Source: an uncultured bacterium
GTDB taxonomy: Bacteria > Auribacterota > Erginobacteria > Erginobacterales > Erginobacteraceae
DNA length: 64,000 nucleotides
Reading direction: 5' to 3'
Assembly: GCA_963822585.1 (NCBI GenBank)
Contig: CAWGIE010000010.1
Location: 155,578-219,577 of the forward strand
Made by a program: the position numbers and the translations under genes. Within the stretch, counting starts at the first letter, position 1. The number at the start of each line of letters is the position of its first letter. Shown piece by piece: positions 26,114-36,018 of this stretch. The notes beneath the pieces are model-generated. The model was not told the origin of the DNA and searched no databases. It saw only the letters and a list, made by a program, of their open reading frames with translations.

Positions 26114-27412
26114 ATGTATTATCTGATCTATAATTATTTGTTCTCGATGGGACTGCTGCTGGCGCTCCCGTTTTTGCTGGTCCGGATGGCCACTACCCGT
26201 CGTTTCCGGGCCGGACTCGGCGAGCGGCTGGGGTTTTACGGTCCCCGCGGGAAACAGCTTTCCGGACGGCGTTCCATCTGGATTCAGGCGGCTTCGGTGG
26301 GGGAAGTACATGCCGCCCTGCCGTTGATCGAACTCCTGGCCCGTGAGTTTCCCCACGACTCGCTGGTTCTGACCTGCCAGACAGCGGCCGGCCGGGCGGT
26401 CGCCCGGGAGAAGCTCGGCCGCCGGGCGATCGCCGTCCTCTCCCCACTCGACCTGGGATGTATCGTCGGGAAATTGATCCGCCGGATATCCCCCCGGGTA
26501 TTGATCCTGATCGAAACCGAGATCTGGCCGGGCATGATCATGACCGCCCGGAAGAAGGGGGTGCCGATCATCATTGTTAACGGAAGGATTTCCGCCTCGT
26601 CCTTCAGGGGGTACCAAAAGATCGGTTTCCTGATCGGGCCGCTGCTGGAGATGATCGCCGCCTTCGGGATGCGGACGGAAGAAGACGCGGTCCGCATCAA
26701 GCGCCTGGGCGCTCGTCCCGGCCGGGTGGCGGTGACCGGAAACACCAAGTTTGATTCTCTCCCCGGTCCTCTTCTGGCCCCGGAAGTCCAGAGCGATCTG
26801 AAGACCCGGCTGGGGCTGGACGGAAGCGAATTGCTGATCGTGGGGGGGAGCACGTTCGAAGGCGAGGACGTGATTCTGTATCAGGCATACCGGGAACTCC
26901 GGCCCCGATTTCCGGGGCTGCGGCTGATTTTGGCGCCCCGTCATCTGGAGAGGGTCCCCGCGGTTGCATCCTCCCTCCGTTCCCGAGGGGAGAACAGCGT
27001 TCTTTTCTCCCGGCTGCCCGCCGGGGCCCCGGGCCGTAAAGCAGATGTTGTGATCCTCGATCGGTTGGGGGTATTATCCTCACTATATGGGCTGGCCGCC
27101 GTCGTCTTTATCGGGAGAAGCCTCCGCGGGGGGGGAGGGCAGAACCCGATCGAGCCCGCCGCGCTTTTGAGGCCGGTGCTTTTCGGGCCCCGGATGGAGA
27201 ACTTTCGGGAGATCGCCGACGCTCTGGTCGCGGCGGGGGGAGCGATCATGATCGGCGATGCCAAGGATCTGACGGCCCGGCTAGCCGAGCTTCTCTCCGA
27301 TCCGGAAAAGCGCGAAATAATGGGCGGGAAGGCCCGCCGGGTGGTGGAAGGCCTGGGCGGCGCCAGTGGGAAGAACCGGGAGCTGATATCCCGGGTCATT
27401 CACGAAAATTGA
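26114..27412 (+). CDS. waaA: 3-deoxy-D-manno-octulosonic acid (Kdo) transferase
   Basis: IWIQAASVGEV. GT30 fold pattern. Confidence 0.85.
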   Translation: MYYLIYNYLFSMGLLLALPFLLVRMATTRRFRAGLGERLGFYGPRGKQLSGRRSIWIQAASVGEVHAALPLIELLAREFPHDSLVLTCQTAAGRAVAREKLGRRAIAVLSPLDLGCIVGKLIRRISPRVLILIETEIWPGMIMTARKKGVPIIIVNGRISASSFRGYQKIGFLIGPLLEMIAAFGMRTEEDAVRIKRLGARPGRVAVTGNTKFDSLPGPLLAPEVQSDLKTRLGLDGSELLIVGGSTFEGEDVILYQAYRELRPRFPGLRLILAPRHLERVPAVASSLRSRGENSVLFSRLPAGAPGRKADVVILDRLGVLSSLYGLAAVVFIGRSLRGGGGQNPIEPAALLRPVLFGPRMENFREIADALVAAGGAIMIGDAKDLTARLAELLSDPEKREIMGGKARRVVEGLGGASGKNRELISRVIHEN

Positions 27413-27563
27413 AATTTTTCACTTTTCATGAATAATCCAGGCTAAGGGCTTCCCGTTATGGATTAAACAGTTGGTTGCGAACTAATTTTCGGGCCGTTAT
27501 CAATCTGTTTTGTGTTTTAAAAGCGAAAATTTGCTAAATTAGAGGCGAAGCCGCTAATTTATA

Positions 27564-28721
27564 ATGAATACCAGGGAAAGAATCGAAAGATATTATCTGA
27601 AGGTGCTGGGAGGGGAGAAGAAAGGCTTCCCCGTCCGGCTCTTCCAGGGGCTCCTCTGGACGTTTTCTCTGCTTTACCTGGCCGTCATCCAGATGCGTTT
27701 CCTCCTCTACCGCCTTCGGATATTCCGGTCTCGTTCGGTAACGGCCTGGGTCGTCAGCGTCGGCAATATCACCCTGGGGGGGACCGGGAAAACCCCGGTG
27801 GTGGAACGGCTGGCGAATCTTTTGCATTCCCGGGGAAGGAAAGTCGCGATTATCAGCCGGGGGTACCGGAGAAAGACGGGACCGCGCTGGCGGCGCCTGA
27901 AAGAGAAGATACTGGGCGCCCCCACTACCCGGGTGGTCTCCGATGGCCAGAATATTCTGCTCAATTCACGGGTCGCGGGGGATGAGCCGTACATGCTGGC
28001 CACCAACCTGAAGAATGTTCCGGTCCTGATCAACCGGAACCGGGTCAAGGCGGCATGGTACGCGATCCGCCGGCTGAAGGCCGATACCCTCATCCTCGAT
28101 GACGGATACCAGCATCTCGACTTGAAGAGAGATCTGAATATCGTTCTCGTCGACGCCGGCCTCCCGTTCGGCAACGGTCATCTCTTCCCCCGCGGGATAC
28201 TGCGGGAACCTCCCCGCAACCTCTCCCGGGCTGACCTGATCCTGATCACGAAAGCCGCCGCGGGCGCCCAGGAGGAGTTGAAAAAGGAGTTGCGGCGATA
28301 TAATCAGCGGGCCGAGATCATGGAGTGCCGCCACCGGCCGATGTATTTCTACGACGTCCGGACGTCATTGAAGACATCCCTGGATTTTATTCGGGGTTCC
28401 CGAGTGGCCACCCTGGCCGGGATCGCCCGCCCCGAGGGATTCGAACGGATGATCTCCGAACTGGGTGCCACGGTCATCTACTCCCGCCGTTTCGTGGACC
28501 ATCATTTCTATACTCAGCAGGAACTGATCGATATCCTGAACCGGGCGCAGAGGAAAGGGGCCGAGATCCTGCTCACCACCGAAAAAGACGCCGTCCGTTT
28601 TCCGCGTCTCCCCCGCGGAAAGATGCCGGTCTTCGCGATCCGGGTCAGGATCGACAGCGTGGAGGAAGGGGATGTCTTCGATACCGAGCTGCTCCGCTTC
28701 CTGCGGGAAAGAAATCAATAA
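27564..28721 (+). CDS. lpxK: tetraacyldisaccharide 4'-kinase
   Basis: VVSVGNITLGGTGKTP P-loop. DDGYQH. Confidence 0.85.
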   Translation: MNTRERIERYYLKVLGGEKKGFPVRLFQGLLWTFSLLYLAVIQMRFLLYRLRIFRSRSVTAWVVSVGNITLGGTGKTPVVERLANLLHSRGRKVAIISRGYRRKTGPRWRRLKEKILGAPTTRVVSDGQNILLNSRVAGDEPYMLATNLKNVPVLINRNRVKAAWYAIRRLKADTLILDDGYQHLDLKRDLNIVLVDAGLPFGNGHLFPRGILREPPRNLSRADLILITKAAAGAQEELKKELRRYNQRAEIMECRHRPMYFYDVRTSLKTSLDFIRGSRVATLAGIARPEGFERMISELGATVIYSRRFVDHHFYTQQELIDILNRAQRKGAEILLTTEKDAVRFPRLPRGKMPVFAIRVRIDSVEEGDVFDTELLRFLRERNQ

Positions 28722-28785
28722 ACGTTAACTATACCTTGCTCCTAGAGGTATTCTTACGATTTTTCCCGCAACAACGAAGTAAATC

Positions 28786-28880
28786 ACCACGAAGTTCACG
28801 AAGAACACGAAGGATAATCAAAACAAGGTAAGGTTGATCTTATTGTTTAAAGATCTTCGTGACCTTCGTGTCCTTCGTGG
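28786..28880. repeat. R3 hairpin element (triplicated CCACGAAG heptads / CTTCGTGG)
   Basis: Second copy at 46801-46896. Confidence 0.65.
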
Positions 28881-28910
28881 TTTCAAATGATTTAGCTTCA
28901 TTGGGAATAG

Positions 28911-29903
28911 CTAATTCCCAGGGAAGATGCGGAGGTCGGCGGGGAGGGCGTTTCCCTCGCGGTCGACCAGAAAGATATTGCCGGTCCCGCTCAGGCATTC
29001 CCGGACGAACTCCCGATAGAGGCGTTTCCTGGTGATTCCGGGGACCTTGCTGTATTCGAAGAGCAGCTTCAGGAAGCGTTCCGATTCCCCTTTCGCCGCC
29101 TGGATCGATTTATCGCGGTAGGCCGCGGCCTCCTTCCGGTTCCGGTCGCCATCCGCCCGCGCCCGGGCGATCTCCTCGGTGGCGTACGATTCAGCCCGGC
29201 TCTCCATTTTCTTCTTGTCGATCTGGGAGTTGATCACGTCGTCGAAATAAGACTGGACCACGGAGGGAGGTCGGATGCCTTTGATGTCCACCCGATCGAT
29301 GGCGATCCCGGACCGGTTCTCATCGAGCTTTTTCTGCGCCAGCGCCTGGAGCCGCTCCTTGATTTCATCCTTCCCGGTGGTGAGGATGATGTCCACCGGC
29401 CTGGCCGCCAGCAGATGGATGATTTGCTGGCAGATAATGTCCCGGAGGAGCGACTCTTTCTGGGTGGCGCCGAAAAGGTAGTCGAAGGGATCGGAGAATC
29501 GGTACTGGACGACCACCTTCACCTCGACGGTGTTGTTGTCCCCGGAGAGAGAATAGGACTCCAGACCGGTCAGCTTGTAGAAGATATCGGCCCGGGAACC
29601 GTTCTCGTTGTCCTGATAAAAATCATCCACCGTCAGGCTCTTCGATTGTTTCACCGGGACCTTGTATATCCGGCTAAAAGGCCAGGGGAATGTGTAGTGA
29701 AGCCCCGGGGGGACCCGCCGGTCGACCACTTTCCCCAGGATCTCCTCGACCCCCAGTTCATTGGTTCTGATGGTGTAGAACCCCCAGCCGAGGTAGAAGA
29801 TGACGACGCCCAGCAGGAGCCAGCGGACGAAACGCCGGCTGCCGAAAACGGCATTCTTCAATTCGTTCCCGATAGTCGGAATGTTCTGTTCATTCTCTGT
29901 CAT
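28911..29903 (-). CDS. hflK: SPFH/band-7 protein, HflK-like
   Basis: HflK-like FYTIRTNELGVEEILGKVV..VPPGLHYTFPWPF and C-terminal PEITRKRLYRE. Confidence 0.75.
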   Translation of the reverse strand: MTENEQNIPTIGNELKNAVFGSRRFVRWLLLGVVIFYLGWGFYTIRTNELGVEEILGKVVDRRVPPGLHYTFPWPFSRIYKVPVKQSKSLTVDDFYQDNENGSRADIFYKLTGLESYSLSGDNNTVEVKVVVQYRFSDPFDYLFGATQKESLLRDIICQQIIHLLAARPVDIILTTGKDEIKERLQALAQKKLDENRSGIAIDRVDIKGIRPPSVVQSYFDDVINSQIDKKKMESRAESYATEEIARARADGDRNRKEAAAYRDKSIQAAKGESERFLKLLFEYSKVPGITRKRLYREFVRECLSGTGNIFLVDREGNALPADLRIFPGN

Positions 29904-29912
29904 GATGGATTT

Positions 29913-30827
29913 TTATTCTCCGGCGGCCTTCCCGGACGCTCCGGCCGGCGCCGTGTCGCCCGGCAGGAGAAAACGGAAGAGATCGGAGTCGAGGGAGAGG
30001 ATCAGGGTAGTCTCCCGCCCGATGATCTTGCGGTAGGTATCGAGGGAATCCAGGAAGTCGAAGAGTTCCGGGGCCTGGCTGTACGCTTCACCGCGGATCC
30101 TGATCGCTTCCTTGTCACCCTCTCCTTTCGTGATCTCGGCGTCCCGGTTGGCCTCGGCCCGTATCCGGGATGCCTGCATGTCCGCCTCCGCCTCGATCTT
30201 GGCCGCCGCCTCCCCGCCTTCCGCGCGATATCTCTTGGCTTCCTTCTCCCGGTCCGACTTCATCCGGTTATAGACGGCCTCGGCCACGATGGTGGGGTAG
30301 GTAATGCGGCGGATCCCGAGATCGACCACGTTCAGCCCGTACTGGTCCCGGGCCTGTTCATTGCACTCCCGGAGGATCCGTTCCTCAATCTCGTTCAGCT
30401 TGACTTTCTCCGGATCGATGTTGATGATCTGGGAGAGAGTGTAATCTCCCAGCACGTTCTCCAGACGGGCATTGACCATATCGCCCAGTTTCTCTTCGGC
30501 GGTACCGGAGGTCCCCAAGGCCTGGAAAAAGACCAGGGGGTCGTTTATCTGCCAGCAGACGTAACAGGTCATGATGATCGGGTTCTGGTCTTCCAGGAGA
30601 AGCTGGATCGGGCGTGATTTGAAAACGTGGATCCTTTTGTCCAGGTAATTGATTTTTTCCAGAAAGCCGGGAAGCTTCCAGTGCCAGCCCGGTTCCCGTT
30701 CAATCCGGACCGGATCGCCGAACCGGGTGACGATGGCGATCTCTTTCTCATTGACGGTAAATATGCTCAGGGCGCCCAGGATGATCAGGATGCCCAGGAT
30801 GATGAGAAGCAAGGTGAACTTTTTCAT
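29913..30827 (-). CDS. hflC: SPFH/band-7 protein, HflC-like
   Basis: Signal-anchor MKKFTLLLIILGILIILGAL, then SPFH with coiled-coil Ala/Glu-rich tail. Confidence 0.75.
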   Translation of the reverse strand: MKKFTLLLIILGILIILGALSIFTVNEKEIAIVTRFGDPVRIEREPGWHWKLPGFLEKINYLDKRIHVFKSRPIQLLLEDQNPIIMTCYVCWQINDPLVFFQALGTSGTAEEKLGDMVNARLENVLGDYTLSQIINIDPEKVKLNEIEERILRECNEQARDQYGLNVVDLGIRRITYPTIVAEAVYNRMKSDREKEAKRYRAEGGEAAAKIEAEADMQASRIRAEANRDAEITKGEGDKEAIRIRGEAYSQAPELFDFLDSLDTYRKIIGRETTLILSLDSDLFRFLLPGDTAPAGASGKAAGE

Positions 30828-30881
30828 GGTGTCCTCTTTTAAACTGCGAATGACGTGAATGTGATCTTGAACATTTAGATC

Positions 30882-31122
30882 GAGCTTATTTGAATAGCTC
30901 GTAAGCTCTCAAATCCTAATATCTTCAGCCAAAGGCTGATCCGCCTCTGGAGGAAAATACTAAATCCTAAATAATATCAAATGACCAAAACTAAAAAATC
31001 CAAAACAATGGGGCTAAAACCGGCGATATTCGAAACATTTGATCATTTGGATTTTGGATTTATTTAGGATTTCGAAATTAGGATTTAGGATTTCCTGCTC
31101 GAAATCCCTTTCGAGCAGGGTA
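30882..31122. repeat. R2 MITE-like element copy
   Basis: Above 85% identity to 24352-24598 and 45487-45742. Confidence 0.7.
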
Positions 31123-31129
31123 TAGTTCA

Positions 31130-32872
31130 TTAGAACTGGCTGTCCAGAAAGACCGGTTTGCCTTTCTTCATCCAGATCTCCGGGGTTCCCGCCGCCGGAT
31201 CGACGAGCACGAGCGATTTATCGGCCAGCGCCTCCTTGATCGTTTCCCGGTAGAGAAATGCGCGGGCGATCTCGGGATGCTCCTGGATGGCCGCCACCCG
31301 ATCGGTGAAGCGGCTGGCGTCTCCGGCCGCGTTTTCTTTTTTATCCGTGACGTACGATTGTGCCTGCATCACGGTTCTGGCCGCCTGGCCCCGGGCTTCC
31401 GGGATCGAGCTGTTCCGGTATCCCAGCGCCTGGTTGATCTTCTCCTCTTTCTCCTGCACCGCCGCGATGACCTGTTCATAGGAATCGGCAACGGAAACGG
31501 GAGGATGGATATCCTTGGTGTTGACGGAGACGATCTCCAGCCCCGACCGGAGCCGGTCCAGCTCTTTCTGCACCTCCCCCTTGACCCGATTCTCCATCGG
31601 CACCCGGTAGCTGGTGACGATCTCGGCGAAAACCCGGGTGGAGAATATCTCCGTGATCAGCCGATCGGCCGCGTTCTGGAGAAGCTCCTCCGGCTTCCGG
31701 AAGCTATAGGCGTAGTTGAAGATGTTCTTGACCCGGTAATGAAGCACCAAATACGGATAGAAGAAATAATTTTCGGCCGAGAGGAATGATTCCTCCGATC
31801 CATGCGGCTTGGTCCAGAGAAGAGCGATCGCCCGGGGATCGGAGGTATTGCCGATGTTCATTCTCCGGATCGATCGGGAGTCGATTTTGATGATCTTTTC
31901 CAGGGGCCAGGGCAGTTTCGCGTGCAACCCCGGTTCCAGGGGCGCTCCCCGGTTGACGACTCTGCCCAGCCGTTCCCGGATGCCTTCCTCGGAGGGGCCG
32001 ATCACCGTCAGGCAGCTGAGCATGACGGCGGCCAGGACGCCCAGAATGAGGGCGGCGAGGGCGCACCGGCGCAGCCGGAGCCGGAATCCGGGGGCCAGCC
32101 GGTCCCAGTTGACGGTCCGGCTGAGGCGTTGCAACAGATCTTGCCAGGTCCGCATATCCAGAGCGCCCGCCAGCAGTCCGACCGCGACCCGGTCTTTCCA
32201 GCCGGCCCGGCCGTGGAGGGACCACCAGAAATTGACGAAGGTCTCCAACGAGAAGGAGAGGATAAAAACAATAACGATGACCGCCCCGATCTTGTCGATA
32301 TTGATCCCCAGTTGATTGATGCCCAGCTGGAGAGCGATCATGGCGGTGCCCGCGACCAGGGAACCGATCATGTCCGCTTTCGAGTGCAGTCCGTCGGCGA
32401 TCAGACCCGGCGAATTTTCCCTCTTCCCGATCCTGATCTCGAAGACGGAGACGATAAAAGAGCAGACGGCGAAGAAAAGAAAGAAAAGGCCGAAGAGGAA
32501 GGGGGAGGTAATAGGGGAGGGGGGGGAGTAAAGCACCTTGTGGACAACCCCGGCGGCCGCGGCCAGGATGATGCAGCCGATGGCGAGTGATATCCATTTC
32601 TCAAAGGTCAGATTCTTCCAGTCGATCCTCCCCCTCGGGGGAGAAGAGCCCTGGTCCGGATTCGTCTTCTTCGGCTGGGGAGAAGGAAACTGCTCCGATC
32701 GCGGGGAGACCGAGAAATAGACCAAAAGCGAGGTGATCACGTCGGTGAGACTATGCCAGGCCTCCGCCAGGATGACCAGGCTGCCGCTGGCGGCGGCGAG
32801 AACGAATTTCAGGACCGTGAGCAGGAGATTTAACAGCGTGGAGACGGCGGCTGTTTTCTGCTTCACATTCAT
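31130..32872 (-). CDS. fusion protein: cation-diffusion-facilitator (CDF) TM domain + SPFH/HflK-like domain
   Basis: N-terminal LAEAWHSLTDVITS and IADGLHSKADMIGS (the two CDF H..D motifs). C-terminal SPFH with HflK-like EITRERLY-type end (FLYRETIKEAL). Confidence 0.65.
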   Translation of the reverse strand: MNVKQKTAAVSTLLNLLLTVLKFVLAAASGSLVILAEAWHSLTDVITSLLVYFSVSPRSEQFPSPQPKKTNPDQGSSPPRGRIDWKNLTFEKWISLAIGCIILAAAAGVVHKVLYSPPSPITSPFLFGLFFLFFAVCSFIVSVFEIRIGKRENSPGLIADGLHSKADMIGSLVAGTAMIALQLGINQLGINIDKIGAVIVIVFILSFSLETFVNFWWSLHGRAGWKDRVAVGLLAGALDMRTWQDLLQRLSRTVNWDRLAPGFRLRLRRCALAALILGVLAAVMLSCLTVIGPSEEGIRERLGRVVNRGAPLEPGLHAKLPWPLEKIIKIDSRSIRRMNIGNTSDPRAIALLWTKPHGSEESFLSAENYFFYPYLVLHYRVKNIFNYAYSFRKPEELLQNAADRLITEIFSTRVFAEIVTSYRVPMENRVKGEVQKELDRLRSGLEIVSVNTKDIHPPVSVADSYEQVIAAVQEKEEKINQALGYRNSSIPEARGQAARTVMQAQSYVTDKKENAAGDASRFTDRVAAIQEHPEIARAFLYRETIKEALADKSLVLVDPAAGTPEIWMKKGKPVFLDSQF

Positions 32873-33123
32873 TTATAAATTAGCTCCTTTCAGTCGCTAA
32901 TTTATGTGGACCCCCGACTGAATCAGTGGGGGTCTGTTATTTAAAAAACAATTAATTTCTTGAAGGCAACGTTATAAAAGGTATTTTTTACCAAAGCCGA
33001 CATCCAGAATCAAGGGCATACGGTAGGGAGTGTACAAATAGATTCATATATTGTTTTCAAATAAAATTATTATACTATACGCTGAAATCGATGTTGAACA
33101 ATTAATAATTTGGGGTTCATTGC

Positions 33124-33981
33124 GTGTTCTCATACTGGTTATTACTGTTAATGCGGAGGCTGATCTGTCTGCTCCCGATCCGGGTTGCCCGGTTTTTGGG
33201 TCGCTTATTGGGGGAAACCGCGTATTATTTTGATTGGAAGCATAGAAGTATCGCCCTTGCCAATCTGCGCCGGGCTTTTCCGGATCGTCCGGCGGACGAA
33301 CTGCGTCGCCTGGGCCGCCGCTCCTTCGGCCAGCTGGGCTTTAACCTGGTCGAGACGCTGGCCGTCCCAGCGTTCGTCAGCCGGGGCTGGCGCCGCTGCT
33401 TCGATCTCCGGGGAGAGGAGAACGTGCGGGAAGCCTTCCGGCGGGGAAAGGGGATCATTTTCGTCATCTCTCATTTCGGCAACTGGGAGTATCTCGGGTT
33501 CATGCCCCGCCTGCTCTCCTTCCGCGGCGCCGCGGTCGGGCAGAAGATAAAGAACCCGGCCGTGGACGGGATGATCAGGGACCTGCGCGAGTTGATCGGC
33601 CTGGAACTTTTTTCGAAACGGGAGGTCGTCTCCGGGATGACCGGGTATCTGGCAAAAAACGGAGCGGTAGCCATCCTGGCCGATCAACGGGCCCGGCAGA
33701 TGAGCGTGGAGGTCGAGTTTTTCGGGCATCCGGCCCCGACCACGGCCGCCCCGGCGGTTTTGGCCTTGAAAACAGGCGCCGCTTTGATCCCGGTGTTTAT
33801 CTATTTCCAGCCCGGCGGCCGCTATCAGGTGGTCTTCGAACGGGCGATCGAGATGAAAGAGCGGCTCCCCGTGAAAAAGGCGGTCCGGGAACTGACACAA
33901 CGCTTTACCGCCGTCTTTGAAGAAAAGATCCGCGAGCGACCGGAACTCTGGTTCTGGGTCCACCGGAGGTGGGAGAAATAA
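33124..33981 (+). CDS. lpxL: lipid A biosynthesis (Kdo)2-lipid IVA acyltransferase (LpxL/HtrB/MsbB family)
   Basis: ISHFGNWE catalytic HX4E motif. Confidence 0.8.
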   Translation: MFSYWLLLLMRRLICLLPIRVARFLGRLLGETAYYFDWKHRSIALANLRRAFPDRPADELRRLGRRSFGQLGFNLVETLAVPAFVSRGWRRCFDLRGEENVREAFRRGKGIIFVISHFGNWEYLGFMPRLLSFRGAAVGQKIKNPAVDGMIRDLRELIGLELFSKREVVSGMTGYLAKNGAVAILADQRARQMSVEVEFFGHPAPTTAAPAVLALKTGAALIPVFIYFQPGGRYQVVFERAIEMKERLPVKKAVRELTQRFTAVFEEKIRERPELWFWVHRRWEK

Positions 33982-33989
33982 CCTGACCC

Positions 33990-34195
33990 TACTCGAAAAG
34001 TGTTTCGATCAGAAAATCCTAAATCCTAATATCGAAATCCTAAATAAATCCAAAATCTAAATGATCAAATGCTTCAAATATCGCCGGTTTTAGCCCCATT
34101 GTTTTGGATTTGTTAGTTTGGGTCATTTGATATTATTTAGGATTTAGTATTTTCCTCCAGAGGCGGATCAGCCTTTGGCTGAAGATAGTAGGATT
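33990..34195. repeat. R2 MITE-like element copy, inverted orientation
   Basis: Reverse complement of the 30882-31122 body. Confidence 0.7.
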
Positions 34196-34218
34196 TTTAA
34201 TGCATCATCAGACCTAAA

Positions 34219-35280
34219 ATGACGGCTTGTATGAAATATAACTGTAAGAATATTCTGATTCGTGTACCTAACTGGTTGGGGGACAATATATTTACGCTCC
34301 CCGCCGTGCGTGAACTCCGGCGGCTTTTTCCCGCCGCCCGTCTGACGGTGCTGGCCTCCACCGGACTGGCCCCTCTCTGGGATCTGGTGGAAGAGGTGGA
34401 CGGTAGTATCGCCTACGACCTGAGGGGCGGGGCGCGCGACCTGAAGAAAAAGCTGGATCTGATCAGGGTCCTGCGATCCCGGAGGTTCGACCTGGCGGTT
34501 ATCTTTCCCCGGTCGTTCGAATCCGCTCTCTGGGTCCGCCTGGCCGGGATCCCCCGCCGATGGGGTTACGCCGAGGAAGGACGGTCGTTCCTCCTGACCC
34601 GGGGAGCCGTCTCCCCGCGCGGTTACCGGCACACCCCCCGGATCGATTACTACTATCACCTCATTGACGATTGCGAGAGCGATGATCCGGCCCCCCCGGG
34701 GGTCCTGGAAATCTCCCCCGAACTTCTCGCCCGGGTCCGGGAAAAGCTTTCGGCGACTGGCGGCGACGGGATGGAGGAAAACCTGGCCGGTTTCCATCCC
34801 CTGGCCAGCTACGGTCCGGCCAAGTGCTGGCCGCTGCAAAAATTTATCCGGCTGGCGCGTCTGCTGGTGAAGGAAAGAGGCATGCGCGTTCTCCTTTTTG
34901 GATCGGGGGGGGAGCGGGAATTGCTGCAGGAGGCGGCCGAAACCGCCGGTCCGGGCGTTATCAACCTGGTGGGGCGGACGGACCTGAAAGAACTGGCCGC
35001 CCTGATCAGCCTCTGCCGGGTATTTGTGGCCAACGATTCCGGTCCACTTCACCTGGCGGCCGCTCTCGATGTGCCGGTTGTCGGTCTCTATGGCTCCACC
35101 GATCCGGCGGCCACCGGTCCCCGGGGGAGGATGACCCGGATCATCTATAAAGATGCCGACTGCAGCCCCTGTTTGAAAAGAACGTGCTCGACCGATTTTA
35201 GGTGCATGGAAGAGATCACACCGGAAGAAGTGATGCGGGAAATGGATTTACTGCTCGCTCAACATGAAGGGAGTTCCTAA
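34219..35280 (+). CDS. ADP-heptose:LPS heptosyltransferase (GT9, WaaF/WaaC family)
   Basis: NWLGDNIFTLPAV at N-terminus. GSGGERE...VANDSGPLHLAAALDVPVVGLYG. Confidence 0.8.
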   Translation: MTACMKYNCKNILIRVPNWLGDNIFTLPAVRELRRLFPAARLTVLASTGLAPLWDLVEEVDGSIAYDLRGGARDLKKKLDLIRVLRSRRFDLAVIFPRSFESALWVRLAGIPRRWGYAEEGRSFLLTRGAVSPRGYRHTPRIDYYYHLIDDCESDDPAPPGVLEISPELLARVREKLSATGGDGMEENLAGFHPLASYGPAKCWPLQKFIRLARLLVKERGMRVLLFGSGGERELLQEAAETAGPGVINLVGRTDLKELAALISLCRVFVANDSGPLHLAAALDVPVVGLYGSTDPAATGPRGRMTRIIYKDADCSPCLKRTCSTDFRCMEEITPEEVMREMDLLLAQHEGSS

Positions 35281-35308
35281 ATTTCCGACTGAAAGGAGAT
35301 AATTTATA

Positions 35309-35737
35309 ATGGAGATAGAAACATTTGTTCTCTGTGACGCGGCAACGGACTACCGGGGAAAATTGAACCTGCTGGGAACGTTCGATACCATCTGGGGCGC
35401 CCGGCTGCCCGTGATCTGGCCGCATTGCGCTCTGGCTCTTCGGGTTCGTTTCTCCCGGATCGAGGAAGGGGAGCATCGGGTCCGGATCACTTTTATCGAC
35501 GAAGACGGTTCCGCCGTTCTTCCTCCGCTGGACGGCGGGGTCCGGGTAACGTTCGGACCCGGGGCCGCGACCGTGGCCACCAATCTGATCCTGAACATGG
35601 AGCGGGTCCGGCTGGAAAAACCGGGGGAGTATTCCATTTCCCTGGCCATCGACGGCCGGCAGGAACGAACTCTGCCCCTCTACCTCCGTCTGCGGGAGGG
35701 AGAACAGGTGAAGGAAGCTCAAAGTGAAGAGGAATGA
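35309..35737 (+). CDS. hypothetical protein (142 aa) embedded in LPS cluster
   Basis: No motif recognised. Confidence 0.55.
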   Translation: MEIETFVLCDAATDYRGKLNLLGTFDTIWGARLPVIWPHCALALRVRFSRIEEGEHRVRITFIDEDGSAVLPPLDGGVRVTFGPGAATVATNLILNMERVRLEKPGEYSISLAIDGRQERTLPLYLRLREGEQVKEAQSEEE

Positions 35738-36018
35738 AGTACCGATTGGGAACTTTAAAAATAATAATGTAGTATCGTCCTTTCGCTTCGCTGCCCTTCG
35801 GCAAGCTCAGGGTCCGCGACAGGACTTGTAGGATCAGAATGCCTCCGGCATTCTTTGTAGGAATTGTAGGATCGCTTACCGCCTGCCTGGCGGCCGGCAG
35901 ACGCTTGCATTTTAGCAAGCCTTACCGTAGGCAAGGCGATACTGCATCTACTACAAGTCCTGAACGAAGTGAAGGACGATCCTACATAAATTTGCGAGCG
36001 CAGCGAGCTAATTTATTT

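Noticed and set aside
26105-26944. Long minus-strand ORF (279 aa) overlapping waaA, and similar antisense ORFs (31704..32597, 33205..33963, 24706..25833, 20069..21022, 16826..17623, 18347..19108)
   Set aside because: These are typical shadow ORFs of a 65%-GC genome opposite clearly recognisable genes. Their Arg/Pro/Gly-rich low-complexity products have no motifs.
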